From: Myxococcales bacterium | GTDB taxonomy: Bacteria > Myxococcota_A > Polyangia > Polyangiales > Houyiibacteriaceae | Reading direction: 5' to 3' | Length of the DNA: 64,000 nucleotides | Assembly (NCBI GenBank): GCA_029861865.1 | Contig: JAOTYL010000003.1 | Location: forward strand, 234,695 to 298,694 | In this document: positions 29,623 through 40,007 of the stretch, piece after piece | Layout of the letters: the number at the start of each line of letters is the position of its first letter | How positions within the stretch are numbered: the stretch's first letter is position 1 | Made by a program: the position numbers and the translations under genes | Notes under the pieces: model-generated | What the model was told of the DNA's origin: nothing | What the model saw: only the letters and a program-made list of their open reading frames with translations | Databases searched by the model: none

Positions 29623-30876
29623 ATGGAGCGGACGCGTACCCTCATCGTTGGCGCTGGCATCAGCGGGCTCGCGTGTGCCGATCGGCTGGGCGAGAGGGAC
29701 TATTTGATCATTGAGGCCGAGGACGAGGTAGGCGGCTACTGCCGGACGGTCAAGCGCGACGGCTTCGTTTGGGACTATTCCGGACACTTCTTTCACTTTC
29801 GCCATCCGGAGATCGAGGAAGAGCTCGTGGGACGTATGGACGGTCGTGTTTTGCGTGTCGAGCGTGACAGCCGCATTTGGTACGCTGACCGCTTCATCGA
29901 CTTTCCATTTCAACGAAACATCCACCAGCTGCCCGAAGCCGAGTACCAAGAGTGTGTCCGTGGCTTGAAGGACAGGCCCAACGAGCACCAGACGGCGAGC
30001 TTCGAGGAGATGTTGTACGCCCGGTACGGACGCGGGATCGCCGAGAAGTTTCTCGTGCCCTATAATGAAAAGTTATACGCCACTGATCTCACGGCGCTCG
30101 ACGTTGACGCGATGGGTCGCTTCTTTCCGCACGTGAGCGCCGAGGAAATCCTCTCCCAAACCGACCGACCCGAAGGAGAGGGCTACAACGCGACCTTTAC
30201 CTATCCCGAGGGGGGAGCCATTCAATACGTGGAGGCGCTCGCGAAGGGGTCGCGCGCCGAGAGCATACACCTCGGAGAGCGTGTAATGTCCATCGACGTC
30301 GCCGGGAGGGTGGCAAACACGTCCAAGCGCGAGATCGGCTTCGACACCTTGATCAGCACGGCTCCCCTCGTATCGCTCCTCGCGATGTGTGGCACCGACT
30401 ACGCCGAAGAGGCGTTCGACTGGAATCGAGTCTTGGTGTTCAACCTTGGGTTCGATGCGAAGGGGCTTTCGGGGGTTCACTGGATCTATTATCCGCAGCG
30501 CGAGCTCTGCTTCTATCGCGTCGGCTTTTACGACAACATATTCGAGGCCGAACGCATGAGCCTCTACGTCGAGATCGGCCTTCCGCGCGAGATGCAGGCA
30601 GGGTGCGACGCCGGCGAGAAATGGCTCCCGCGGGTGCTCACCGATTTACAGACCTGCGGCCTGGTCACCGATCAATCCCTCGTCGCCTCGCATCACGTGT
30701 TGCTCGATCCGGCCTACGCTCACATCACGACGCGTTCGATCGAGGAAACCAAGCGAACCAAGGCCATGCTTTCGGCGCACGGTGTCCATTCGATTGGGCG
30801 TTACGGTTCGTGGCGGTACTGCTCGATCGAGGACAACATCGTCGAAGCACGAGCTCTGATCGACGAACTCTTCTGA
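29623..30876 (+). CDS. FAD-dependent oxidoreductase (amine-oxidase / UDP-galactopyranose-mutase-like fold)
   Basis: Dinucleotide-binding IVGAGISGLACA...IIEAEDEVGGYCRT. GHFFHFRH and FPFQRNI segments. Confidence 0.7.
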   Translation: MERTRTLIVGAGISGLACADRLGERDYLIIEAEDEVGGYCRTVKRDGFVWDYSGHFFHFRHPEIEEELVGRMDGRVLRVERDSRIWYADRFIDFPFQRNIHQLPEAEYQECVRGLKDRPNEHQTASFEEMLYARYGRGIAEKFLVPYNEKLYATDLTALDVDAMGRFFPHVSAEEILSQTDRPEGEGYNATFTYPEGGAIQYVEALAKGSRAESIHLGERVMSIDVAGRVANTSKREIGFDTLISTAPLVSLLAMCGTDYAEEAFDWNRVLVFNLGFDAKGLSGVHWIYYPQRELCFYRVGFYDNIFEAERMSLYVEIGLPREMQAGCDAGEKWLPRVLTDLQTCGLVTDQSLVASHHVLLDPAYAHITTRSIEETKRTKAMLSAHGVHSIGRYGSWRYCSIEDNIVEARALIDELF

Positions 30877-30913
30877 GGTCGAGCTCCTACGCACTTTCAG
30901 ATGCCGCGCCTCG

Positions 30914-32038
30914 ATGCTGCGTGTTATTCTCGCCGCCATGAATCGTACACGTCTCATGCGGCCGGTCGCTACTGCGACGATTGTCGTCATCGCCTCGATC
31001 GCGGTCATCTCCTGCAAGAAGAAGGAAGAGAAGGTCGAGGAGCCCCAGGCCGTCGTCGAAGAGGCAGTGGCGTTGCCCCCGGCTCCCTATGAGTTCCCGA
31101 AGATGAAGATTCCAAAGGACAACCCCCCACACATACTGAAGGCCTTGCTGGGCGCTCAGCTCTTTTTCGACCCCCGCTTGAGCGTCGATGGCACGAGGTC
31201 GTGTTATTCGTGTCATCAGAACGAGCATGGCAACGGAGGCGAAACACCGCTGGCAGTCGGAGCCAAAGAGAAGCAACTCACGCGGCATAGCCCGGTGATC
31301 TGGAACATCGGATACTTCGATCGGTTCTATTGGGATGGACGGGCTGATTCGCTCGAAGCCCAAGCCAAGGGCGCATGGGGCGGTGGCAACATGGGCGTGG
31401 GTGCCGAGAACCTCGAGAAGAAGACCGAGGAGTTGTCGAAGATCAAAGCCTACAAGGACGGATTCGACAAGGTATTCCCGGAAGAAGGGATGACGCCAGA
31501 TACCATTGCAAAGACGATCGCCGCTTACGAGCGGATGAGCTTCACTTGCGACAACACGGCTTACGACCGGTTTGCCAAGGGCGATGAGGCCGCGCTCACG
31601 GACCAGCAGAAGCAAGGTTGGGCGATCTTCATGGGCAAGGGCCAGTGTGTGGTGTGTCACGCGCCCCCGCTCTTTTCGAGCGCGATGGGAGTTCCAGACG
31701 GCGTCTACTACAACGTCGGGATCGGAACCGATGGTGTGGCCGAAGAGGACGTCGACATCGGCCGTGCCGCGGTCACGAAGCAAGATGCCGACTGGGCAGC
31801 GTTCAAGGTGCCCTCGCTGCGAAACGTGTCGAAGAGCGCGCCGTACTTTCACGATGGTTCGGTGCCGACGCTGGAAGGAGCGGTGCGACTGATGGCGTCG
31901 GGTGGTATCGACAACAAGAACAAGTCGTCGTTGCTCGCGGACCGCGGGCTCGATGATGAAGAAATCGGAGCGCTCGTCGCCTTTCTCGGAGCGCTCGACT
32001 GCCGCCGCTCCCTCCACCGGCCAGAGCTGCCGAAGTAG
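30914..32038 (+). CDS. di-haem cytochrome c peroxidase (CCP/MauG family)
   Basis: Two CxxCH motifs (CYSCH, CVVCH), plus APYFHDGS. Lipoprotein-like signal IASIAVISC. Confidence 0.85.
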   Translation: MLRVILAAMNRTRLMRPVATATIVVIASIAVISCKKKEEKVEEPQAVVEEAVALPPAPYEFPKMKIPKDNPPHILKALLGAQLFFDPRLSVDGTRSCYSCHQNEHGNGGETPLAVGAKEKQLTRHSPVIWNIGYFDRFYWDGRADSLEAQAKGAWGGGNMGVGAENLEKKTEELSKIKAYKDGFDKVFPEEGMTPDTIAKTIAAYERMSFTCDNTAYDRFAKGDEAALTDQQKQGWAIFMGKGQCVVCHAPPLFSSAMGVPDGVYYNVGIGTDGVAEEDVDIGRAAVTKQDADWAAFKVPSLRNVSKSAPYFHDGSVPTLEGAVRLMASGGIDNKNKSSLLADRGLDDEEIGALVAFLGALDCRRSLHRPELPK

Positions 32039-32111
32039 GCAAGAACGCCGCAGGCGAGCGAGCCGAGACACCGTACGAGAGCGCCTTCTGAAGGCAGCGA
32101 GGCGCCTGGAT

Positions 32112-32186
32112 TGGAGGCGCCGACCAGATTCGAACTGGTGAATGGAGGTTTTGCAAACCTCTGCCTTACCACTTGGCTACGGCGCC
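32112..32186 (-). tRNA. tRNA-Cys (GCA)
   Basis: The reverse complement folds as a cloverleaf. It has a 7-bp acceptor stem GGCGCCG/CGGCGCC, anticodon arm GAGGT-TTGCAAA-ACCTC and T-arm ACCAG-TTCGAAT-CTGGT. The discriminator is U73 and CCA is encoded. Confidence 0.9.
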
Positions 32187-32293
32187 GAAGGCTGCAGTCT
32201 GTAGCTCCGATCCGAGCAATTGTCACGCAGCGTCATGGAGCGTAGCGGACGACCGGACTGGCGCGCCACACGCCGCGTGGTAGGCAGTCTCAC

Positions 32294-34981
32294 ATGACAT
32301 CACGAGACTCCTTCAAGAGCCGCGTCACCATTCAGTCCGGAGGCCGCCAAGTCGAGATTCACCGCCTCGATGCCCTGATTCGGGCGGGTTTCGAAGGCGT
32401 CACCACCCTGCCGTACTCGATCCGCGTCCTGCTCGAGAACCTGCTTCGTTACGAAGACGGCGCAACCGTCACTCGAAAGGACATCGAGGCGGTCGCCAAC
32501 TGGGACCCAGCCGCAGCGCCGAGCACCGAGATTGCGTTTCGACCCTCCCGGGTTCTGCTCCAAGATTTCACCGGAGTTCCCGCGGTGGTCGACCTTGCAG
32601 CGATGCGCGACCAGTTCGCCAAGATGGGCGGCGATCCAAGTCGGATCAATCCACTTCAGCCTGCGGACCTCGTCATCGACCACTCGGTTCAGGTCGACTC
32701 GTATGGGTTGCTCCGATCGTTCGAGGACAATGTGCGTCGCGAATTCGAGCGCAACCAGGAGCGATATCAATTTCTGAAATGGGGCCAGGCGGCCTTCAAG
32801 AACATGAGCGTGGTCCCGCCGGGCACGGGAATCGTGCACCAGGTCAACCTCGAGCATCTTGCGCGGGTCGTCTTCACGCGCCAAGCCGATGGCAAGACGA
32901 TCGCGTATCCCGACAGTCTGGTCGGCACCGACTCGCATACGACGATGATCAACGGGCTCGGTGTCCTTGGTTGGGGCGTCGGAGGTATCGAGGCGGAGGC
33001 CGCCATGCTGGGCCAACCGATAAGCATGCTATTGCCCCAGGTCGTGGGCTTCAAGCTGACAGGGAAGCTGCGAGAAGGCGCGACGGCCACGGATGCCGTT
33101 CTCACCGTGACAGAGATGCTCCGCAAGAAGGGCGTTGTCGGGAAGTTCGTCGAGTTCTTCGGGGCGGGAATGGAGTCTCTTTCGCTTCCCGATCGCGCGA
33201 CGATCGCCAACATGGCCCCCGAGTACGGCGCGACGATGGGATTCTTTCCGGTCGACGAGGAGACGTTGGCGTACCTGCGCTTCACCGGTCGCGGGGAGGC
33301 GCACGTGGATCTCGTCGAGAGGGTCCTCAAGGAGCAGGGCTTGTTCCACACTGCGAGCGCCCCGCAACCACGGTTCACTGACAACCTGGAGCTCGACTTG
33401 AGCGACGTCGTTCCCTCGATCGCTGGGCCCAAGCGCCCGCAGGACCGCATTTCTCTGTCGGAGTCCAAGCGCTCTTGGCACAACGTGCTCGAGGGGTTGG
33501 GCGCGTCTGCTGACGCGGCGGTCGAGGTCACGCGGGGCGACGAGACCTTCACCGTCCGGAACGGGGCAGTCGTCATTGCCGCGATCACGAGCTGCACCAA
33601 CACATCAAACCCCTCCGTGATGCTCGCCGCCGGGTTGCTCGCCAAGAAGGCGGTCGACAAGGGCCTTCGAACGAAGCCCTGGGTCAAGACCAGTTTGGCG
33701 CCTGGTTCCCAGGTGGTCACCGAGTATCTCAAAGCCTCGGGCTTGATGACCGACCTCGAGGCACTGCGTTTCAATCTCGTCGGTTACGGCTGTACGACTT
33801 GCATCGGCAACTCCGGGCCCCTCGATCCCGAAATCGGCGAGGCCGTCAAGGCGAACGACCTGATCGTAACCTCTGCGCTCAGTGGGAACCGCAACTTTGA
33901 AGGGCGAGTCAACCCGCTGACGAGAGCCAACTACCTCGCCTCGCCGCCCCTCGTCGTGGCGTATGCACTGGCAGGCACGATGGACATCGATTTCGAAACC
34001 GATCCCCTCGGCCAGGACGCCGACGGAAAGGATGTGTTTCTTCGTGATATCTGGCCCTCCCACGACGAGATCACACACACGCTTCGTTCGTCCGTGAAGA
34101 AGAGTCAGTTTCTCGAGCGCTACGCGGTCGTTCTCGAAGGTCCGCCCGAGTGGCAGGCCGTGACATTCGAGCGTGCCGACCAGTATCGCTGGGACCCCAA
34201 GTCCACGTATGTCCGGTTGCCGCCGTTTTTCGAAGGCGTCGAACGGGGTGACCCCACTCCACCGAAGGACATCGAGGGCGCACGGGTGCTTTGCCTCGTC
34301 GGCGATTCGGTGACCACCGACCATATCTCTCCAGCGGGCTCGATTGCGCTCGATAGCCCCGCTGCGCGCTACCTCCAAGACCATGGGGTTTCCCCGCGCG
34401 ATTTCAACAGCTACGGCAGCCGCCGGGGCAACCACGAAGTCATGATGCGCGGCACATTCGCCAACATTCGACTGCGGAATCTCTTGGCGCCGGGAACCGA
34501 AGGCGGGGTTACGCGTTACCTTCCCGAAGATGCGCAAATGAGTATCTACGATGCCGCCATGCGGTACCAAGCCGATGGCACGCCCTTGGTGGTCATCGCG
34601 GGCAAGGAGTACGGCACCGGGTCGTCGCGAGATTGGGCGGCCAAGGGCACTTTGCTACTCGGGGTGCGCGCGGTGATCGCCGAGAGTTACGAGCGTATCC
34701 ATCGCTCCAACCTGATCGGGATGGGCGTGCTTCCTCTCGAGTTCCACCAGGGCGATGGGCGCGAAAGCCTGGGCCTGACCGGCGAGGAAACATTTACCAT
34801 TTCCGGGATCTCGGAGGGAGTGAGCCCAGGCAAGAGGCTTTCGGTCGAAACCGACACCGGCAAATCCTTCAAGGTCAAGGCACGGCTCGATACTCCACAA
34901 GAAGTCGAGTACTACCTGCACGGGGGCATCCTTCAGTATGTCTTGCGGCAGCTCGCTGGCGGGGAGAAGACCTCTGCGTAG
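32294..34981 (+). CDS. acnA: aconitate hydratase A
   Basis: 895 aa with [15 protein letters not shown] and [11 protein letters not shown] (Fe-S ligands), plus [16 protein letters not shown]. Confidence 0.95.
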   Translation: MTSRDSFKSRVTIQSGGRQVEIHRLDALIRAGFEGVTTLPYSIRVLLENLLRYEDGATVTRKDIEAVANWDPAAAPSTEIAFRPSRVLLQDFTGVPAVVDLAAMRDQFAKMGGDPSRINPLQPADLVIDHSVQVDSYGLLRSFEDNVRREFERNQERYQFLKWGQAAFKNMSVVPPGTGIVHQVNLEHLARVVFTRQADGKTIAYPDSLVGTDSHTTMINGLGVLGWGVGGIEAEAAMLGQPISMLLPQVVGFKLTGKLREGATATDAVLTVTEMLRKKGVVGKFVEFFGAGMESLSLPDRATIANMAPEYGATMGFFPVDEETLAYLRFTGRGEAHVDLVERVLKEQGLFHTASAPQPRFTDNLELDLSDVVPSIAGPKRPQDRISLSESKRSWHNVLEGLGASADAAVEVTRGDETFTVRNGAVVIAAITSCTNTSNPSVMLAAGLLAKKAVDKGLRTKPWVKTSLAPGSQVVTEYLKASGLMTDLEALRFNLVGYGCTTCIGNSGPLDPEIGEAVKANDLIVTSALSGNRNFEGRVNPLTRANYLASPPLVVAYALAGTMDIDFETDPLGQDADGKDVFLRDIWPSHDEITHTLRSSVKKSQFLERYAVVLEGPPEWQAVTFERADQYRWDPKSTYVRLPPFFEGVERGDPTPPKDIEGARVLCLVGDSVTTDHISPAGSIALDSPAARYLQDHGVSPRDFNSYGSRRGNHEVMMRGTFANIRLRNLLAPGTEGGVTRYLPEDAQMSIYDAAMRYQADGTPLVVIAGKEYGTGSSRDWAAKGTLLLGVRAVIAESYERIHRSNLIGMGVLPLEFHQGDGRESLGLTGEETFTISGISEGVSPGKRLSVETDTGKSFKVKARLDTPQEVEYYLHGGILQYVLRQLAGGEKTSA

Positions 34982-35008
34982 CCATCGACGATCCGCACGG
35001 AGGACCTG

Positions 35009-36001
35009 ATGTCCCTCGTCTTCGTGATCTCACCCCCGCGTGCCGGCTCGACTCTGCTCCAACGAATGATGGGGGCCCACTCCGAGATCTTCACGCACCC
35101 CGAGCCTCATTTGATCACCCCGATCGCGCATCTCGGCGTGTACGGGAACGTCGACAAAGCGCCCTACGATCACATCAACGCCGCCGAGGCAACGCGTGCC
35201 TTCATCGATGACCTGCCACGCGGTGAGGAAGACTATCTCGATGCGTTGCGCGCCTACACGAACACCCTCTACGACCGGATGCTTTCGACCAGTGACGCGA
35301 GCTACTTTCTCGACAAGACCCCGGCTAATGCGTTGGTCCTGCCGTTCCTTCAGCGGCTCTATCCCGATGCCAAGTATGTCGTTCTAACCAGGCATCCGCT
35401 GGCGGTGTTCAGCTCCTATGCCAACAGCTTCTTCAACGGTAATTGGGAGGAGGCGCACGAGTTCAACCCGATCCTCGAGCGCTACGTGCCAGCGATGGGG
35501 GCTTTTCTTCGGCGGCGGCCCGTTCCATTGCTGCACGTCGTCTACGAAGACCTGGTGCAGCGCCCCGAGTCCGAGCTCGAGCGAGTATTCGCTTTCTTGG
35601 GCCTGGAAAATGACCCCGATGCGGTCGAGTACGGAAGGTCGGGTCCGGCCAAGAAGGGGATGGGCGACCCCATGACCGTCGATCGAGCGGGTCGACCCGT
35701 GATCGAGTCGGTCGACAAATGGGCGGCCGAGCTCGCGGTCGATTCGAAGAAGCAGGCCTTGGCAGAGCGGATGCTAAATCAGATCGATGCGGAAGACCTC
35801 GCGGCTTGGCGGTGGTCCATCGAGGAAATTTGGGCGCCGGTCGAGATGAGCGGGGGCACGCCAACTCCAAAACGGAAGCGCAATGCGTACACGTTTCAGC
35901 GACGGGTCATGTTGGCGCTCAAGAAGGACATCCATCAGCGCCCTCACGGCAAAGTCGTGAAGCGAATCAAGTATTACTGCGACGTGTTGCTCCGGGAGTA
36001 G
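35009..36001 (+). CDS. sulfotransferase-family protein
   Basis: N-terminal PAPS-binding loop ISPPRAGSTLLQRM and a later VLTRHPLAV segment. Confidence 0.7.
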   Translation: MSLVFVISPPRAGSTLLQRMMGAHSEIFTHPEPHLITPIAHLGVYGNVDKAPYDHINAAEATRAFIDDLPRGEEDYLDALRAYTNTLYDRMLSTSDASYFLDKTPANALVLPFLQRLYPDAKYVVLTRHPLAVFSSYANSFFNGNWEEAHEFNPILERYVPAMGAFLRRRPVPLLHVVYEDLVQRPESELERVFAFLGLENDPDAVEYGRSGPAKKGMGDPMTVDRAGRPVIESVDKWAAELAVDSKKQALAERMLNQIDAEDLAAWRWSIEEIWAPVEMSGGTPTPKRKRNAYTFQRRVMLALKKDIHQRPHGKVVKRIKYYCDVLLRE

Positions 36002-36035
36002 GTCGAAGATTAGTAGCGTGCTCTACGCTCGCACT

Positions 36036-36842
36036 TCATTGCGCGCGCAATCTAGCAATGACCACTTGAGATTCAGTCAGCCGACCTATCGGCTGGCCGT
36101 CAAAGTCACCCTGGTGGCTCTCGACCGCAAAGCCGTTGTAGTGGAGTAGCGCTTCCAGCTCGGCCGGAAAGAAATGTCGCTGGGTGAGTGGGGTGCAAAA
36201 CGATCGTCTGGGGCTGCTGGGATGCTCAAAGTCCATCATGACGGTTTCGATCTGGGTCGCCGGGTCATAGCTGAAGTACTCGCTGTATCGATAGCGGACG
36301 CCATCCCGGGGATGAGGCACGTGGCCTCCTCGGTATCGCTTGGCCGGGTCCCGCGCCAGACTCCCGGGGTCGGGAAGCAAGACGTCGAACGCGAAGCGAC
36401 CCCCACGCGTCAAGTGATGACGCACCGTTCGAAATCCCTGCTCGATGTCGCTTCGCGTGTACAGGTGGTTCCACACGTTGAACGGTGCGATGACTAGAGG
36501 AAAGCGGCGGCGGAGCCTGAGTTTGCGAAGGTCGCCTTGTCGAAGCTCGATTCGATCGCGAGCGGCCCGTGATAGTCGCTGCAGGCGTTTCGCGGCCCGC
36601 TCGAGCATGGGCGCCATCGGTTCGACCCCAACGATCTCGATGCCTTCGTTCGCGATCGACGATGCGACGCGCGCGGTGCCGACGCCAAGCTCGAGAACGG
36701 GCCCCTCCGACTCGATCGCGAGCTCCGTGTAGAAGCGAACGTCCTGACGTCGACGTCGATAGGCCTGGTCGTAATAGCGACCGTCGGAGTAGTGCGCTTT
36801 GCTTCCGGCTGAGCGGCGTCGACCATGTTTGGAATCAGCCAC
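36036..36842 (-). CDS. class I SAM-dependent methyltransferase
   Basis: Motif I VLELGVGTARVA, with VGVEP and LVIAPFN. The ORF runs to 36962, but that overlaps the upstream HAD gene by 128 nt. GTG 36842 lies 4 nt after the HAD stop. Confidence 0.65.
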   Translation of the reverse strand: MADSKHGRRRSAGSKAHYSDGRYYDQAYRRRRQDVRFYTELAIESEGPVLELGVGTARVASSIANEGIEIVGVEPMAPMLERAAKRLQRLSRAARDRIELRQGDLRKLRLRRRFPLVIAPFNVWNHLYTRSDIEQGFRTVRHHLTRGGRFAFDVLLPDPGSLARDPAKRYRGGHVPHPRDGVRYRYSEYFSYDPATQIETVMMDFEHPSSPRRSFCTPLTQRHFFPAELEALLHYNGFAVESHQGDFDGQPIGRLTESQVVIARLRAQ

Positions 36843-37632
36843 GGCTGTCGCAAAGGTGAGCGGCGAGCTCTGCAAAACCTCGCCCGCGGTCGGAGTCGGT
36901 GACGTATTGCGGGGGTGTTGGGAGGCGGTGAAGGTGTTCGCGCACGTTGGCGACGCCGACACTCACGGGGAAGCGTGTGAAAGCAGCGGCGTCGTTTCCG
37001 CTGTCCCCGACGAACACCCATCGGTGGAGCTCTTCGTCCAGATCGACGTTCAACACCTCTCGAAGGGCCCTTTCGACTCCACGAGCCTTGTCCCAGCCGC
37101 CGGGAGTGGCGTGCGCGTGCACCGTCGATACCGCGCTCCGTGCCCCGTGGCTCTCGATGAGCCCGACCAAAGCGTCGATGTCGGCCTTCGGCAGGCTCAC
37201 TTCTTCTCCCACGTCGAAGGCTAAGTCACAGCGCCGGGCGCCACGGTCGTTTGCGACTCGAACATGGGGCATCTTCGAAGCTACGTCTTGCCGGATCTCG
37301 TCGAGCAAACGGTCGTGAGCGGCTCGTTCCTGCGGTTTGGAAAAGTACCCTTCGCGGGCATGGACTCCATCCATCCAAGCCCAACCCGCGCCGTTCTCAC
37401 CGACTGCGATCCGGACGGGCCACATCCGCGCGACCACGTCGGTCCACCCAAGGGGACGACCGGTCACCGCCACGAGGTCGACGCCCATGCCGCTTAGTCG
37501 ATGTATGGCGACGAAGGCCTCAGCCTCGAGCACGCCGTGGTTTGTCACCGTATCGTCGATATCGAAGATCACTCCACGCAGCTCCGTCGGATCCAGCTCT
37601 TTGTAGTGCTTCATCACCCGCGCCTTTTCCAT
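36835..37632 (-). CDS. HAD-IIB family hydrolase (sugar-phosphate phosphatase-like)
   Basis: HAD motifs VIFDIDDTV, VTGRP and GDSGNDAAAF. Confidence 0.75.
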   Translation of the reverse strand: MEKARVMKHYKELDPTELRGVIFDIDDTVTNHGVLEAEAFVAIHRLSGMGVDLVAVTGRPLGWTDVVARMWPVRIAVGENGAGWAWMDGVHAREGYFSKPQERAAHDRLLDEIRQDVASKMPHVRVANDRGARRCDLAFDVGEEVSLPKADIDALVGLIESHGARSAVSTVHAHATPGGWDKARGVERALREVLNVDLDEELHRWVFVGDSGNDAAAFTRFPVSVGVANVREHLHRLPTPPQYVTDSDRGRGFAELAAHLCDSRG

Positions 37633-37695
37633 ATCATACGGCCGGGACTTGCAGACCCCTTCGGGGGGGCGTACCGTAGATGCAGGAGGGAAACC

Positions 37696-37938
37696 GTGCC
37701 AAATCTCGGATTCGGCGAGCTAGTAATTGTCCTGCTGATCGTGATGCTGATCTTCGGCGCCGGGCGCCTACCTCAGATCGGCGAAGGTCTCGGCAAGGCG
37801 ATTCGCAACCTGAAGCGCGGCCTCAACACCGACGACGACATCGACGTCACCCCGACCGAGAAGCAGGTTCCCGACAAGGCCGCGTCCCGGGTCGAGGATG
37901 CCGAGGTCGTCGACCCCAAAATCGAGACCAAGCCGTAA
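37696..37938 (+). CDS. tatA: twin-arginine translocase subunit TatA/E
   Basis: FGELVIVLLIVMLIFGAGRLPQIGEGLGKAIRNLKRG. GTG start preceded by AGGAGGG. Confidence 0.85.
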   Translation: MPNLGFGELVIVLLIVMLIFGAGRLPQIGEGLGKAIRNLKRGLNTDDDIDVTPTEKQVPDKAASRVEDAEVVDPKIETKP

Positions 37939-37981
37939 CGGCTCCACGGCTTGCGGTTTTGCACCACCCCCACACTATCGC

Positions 37982-38725
37982 CTAAGACCGAGCTTCTCGG
38001 AGCTCGACTATCGATCGGCAGCTCAGTCGTAAGGGTGGGGCCAACCCGGAGGCCATCGCCGCTTCCTTGAGCTCGCCAGGCCTGAGCAACGGCACGAGCA
38101 GCAGCGCCGTGTCGAGGGGGCAATCGGGATTGCGGACGATGGCGTTTCGTGGCCGGTAGCGCACCACCCAGCGTCGATGCCGATAGACGGCTTGAAGCAC
38201 GCCAGGCTCGTTCGGACGCATCGCGCAGATACGCACCACGTCCTCTTCGGTGAGCGAAGGGTTGTCGAGCAAAATGCGGACCACGTCTGGATGCGGATCA
38301 CGGACCACCCGTTGAATCAGATTTCGGTCGTGGGTCCGCGCGAGCGACTTGCGTTCGCCGAGAGTGAGCGGACGGCCTCGGCCGAAGTCCGGGATCCGCC
38401 TCTTCATGTCGCCAGCTTCGTCGGGGTTAGGCAAGACCAAGAAGTCAGCGAGATGGTGGAGCTCGGCGTTCTTGGCTTCTGCGCCGAGCTCGGCGCGGCG
38501 CAAGGCGAGGCGCGGCTCGAAAAGCGCCCAGCCGAGGGCCAAGAACACCAACTGGGCGTCCCCGCCACCGAGCGCCGCCACGCGATAAGCGCCAGCCACG
38601 AATTCGAGCGCTTGTTCGACCGACAGGGTCTCCAGCTGCTCGCAGACCAGTGCGACCCGCATGTCGATCTCTTCGATCTGCGCCAAACGCTTGAAGAGGT
38701 CAGCAAATACCGTTTCCTGCTGCAC
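37982..38725 (-). CDS. hypothetical protein (helical-repeat-like)
   Basis: Long ORF on the - strand. The C-terminal part has repeated helical segments (DPHPDVVRILLDNPSLTEEDVVRI..., NAIVRNPDCPLDTALLLVPLL). The ORF-track start 39007 would overlap phaR, so I use GTG 38725; ATG 38662 is also possible. No family recognised. Confidence 0.4.
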   Translation of the reverse strand: MQQETVFADLFKRLAQIEEIDMRVALVCEQLETLSVEQALEFVAGAYRVAALGGGDAQLVFLALGWALFEPRLALRRAELGAEAKNAELHHLADFLVLPNPDEAGDMKRRIPDFGRGRPLTLGERKSLARTHDRNLIQRVVRDPHPDVVRILLDNPSLTEEDVVRICAMRPNEPGVLQAVYRHRRWVVRYRPRNAIVRNPDCPLDTALLLVPLLRPGELKEAAMASGLAPPLRLSCRSIVELREARS

Positions 38726-38809
38726 GACCCGGGCCCACCTCCAGCCTAGTGAGCTTGGCTTGAAGCGCCACCTTGACGCAATGCGTCGCAGCGCTAGCCT
38801 CGCTACGCG

Positions 38810-39325
38810 ATGGCGCACATGGAGCAGGTCCGCGTGATCAAGCGGTACGCGAACCGCAAACTGTACGATACACGCGATAGTCGCTATGTCACGCTCGACC
38901 GCATTGCGGAGCTCGTGCGCAATGGTGAAGAGGTCAAAGTCCTGGATAATCGCTCGAAGCGAGACCTCACGAAAGTCACCCTCGCGCAGATCATCTACGA
39001 GGAGCAAAAGAGCGGGAACGCCACCGCCTGGTCGGTGCGCAGCCTGCGGGACTTCATCCAGGAGGGTCGCGAGCGGCTTTTTTCGACTCTAAAGGACGGG
39101 CCGGTAGGCAAGCTCGTGGGACGCGCCGAAGAGCTCGGCGCCGAGGTGCGGGAGGCCGCGGACGATCGGGTTCGGGCTCTTCTCGAAGGGGCGGCGGCCC
39201 ACGTCAAACAGCTTCAAGCTGAAGTGGCCCGGCTCCAGGAGAGAATTGAGGAATTGGAGCGGAAAGTGCGGCAAACTGCCGATAGGAGCCAGCGAAAACA
39301 CGACTCCGCCGAACCTCCGGAATAA
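38810..39325 (+). CDS. phaR: polyhydroxyalkanoate synthesis repressor PhaR
   Basis: N-terminal IKRYANRKLYDTRDSRYVTLDRIAELVRNGEEVKV...TKVTLAQIIYEEQ is the characteristic PhaR DNA-binding region. Confidence 0.85.
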   Translation: MAHMEQVRVIKRYANRKLYDTRDSRYVTLDRIAELVRNGEEVKVLDNRSKRDLTKVTLAQIIYEEQKSGNATAWSVRSLRDFIQEGRERLFSTLKDGPVGKLVGRAEELGAEVREAADDRVRALLEGAAAHVKQLQAEVARLQERIEELERKVRQTADRSQRKHDSAEPPE

Positions 39326-39356
39326 TTTCAGCCGCGAGGAGTTGTCAGCACTAGGC

Positions 39357-40007
39357 ATGCCGAGAAGCGCCAAGGAAATCGCACACGAGCGTCGACTGTT
39401 TGAGGCCGAGGCGCGGCCTCTTCTCGATAACCTCTACGCGACAGCGCTTCGACTCACCCGATCGCAGGCGGACGCCGAGGACTTGGTTCAGGACACCCTC
39501 GTCCGTGCTTATCGCTTCTACGACCGGTTCGAGGCGGGAACCAATTTCAAGGCATGGCTCTTGAGAATCCAAATGAACACTTTCGTCAATCGGTACCGAC
39601 GTAACATTCGCGAGCGTCGGGTGTTCGATGGTCCAATGGCGACCCCGGTCGGGGAGGGCGTCATCAGCCGCGCCAGCATGCGTGGCCTGACCGACCCCGT
39701 GGGCGATGCACAACGGAAGCTGATAGGACGCGAGATCGCGCGAGCGTTCGACGAGCTGTCAGAAGACGCGCGCGCGATGGTTCTTTTGGCTGACGTTCAG
39801 GAGCTTTCCTACAAAGAGATCGCCGAGATCGTTGCGTGCCCGATCGGTACTGTGATGTCGCGCCTCCACCGCGCGCGGAAACAGCTTCAACTCTCTTTAC
39901 AGGCCCAGGCTGTTCAGCTCGGCATCATCGACGAGGACGACGAAGGGGAGCCCATGGAGCCGGTTTCGCTCGAGGCGTTTCGAACGCGAAAGGCGGTGAA
40001 GTCATGA
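39357..40007 (+). CDS. ECF-type RNA polymerase sigma factor
   Basis: Region 2 DAEDLVQDTLVRAYRFYDRFEAGTNFKAWLLRIQMNTFVNRYRR. Region 4 LSYKEIAEIVACPIGTVMSRLHRARKQL. Confidence 0.88.
   Translation: MPRSAKEIAHERRLFEAEARPLLDNLYATALRLTRSQADAEDLVQDTLVRAYRFYDRFEAGTNFKAWLLRIQMNTFVNRYRRNIRERRVFDGPMATPVGEGVISRASMRGLTDPVGDAQRKLIGREIARAFDELSEDARAMVLLADVQELSYKEIAEIVACPIGTVMSRLHRARKQLQLSLQAQAVQLGIIDEDDEGEPMEPVSLEAFRTRKAVKS

Noticed and set aside
32039-32293. tRNA-Cys as a possible integration site for a genomic island.
   Set aside because: No integrase, no direct repeat of the tRNA 3' end and no compositional shift on either side. The flanking genes are ordinary (cytochrome c peroxidase, aconitase).
38726-39007. 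5' extension of the 37982 ORF overlapping phaR on the opposite strand.
   Set aside because: PhaR is unambiguous on the + strand from 38810, and the extension has no features of its own. Internal GTG and ATG starts give a non-overlapping divergent arrangement.
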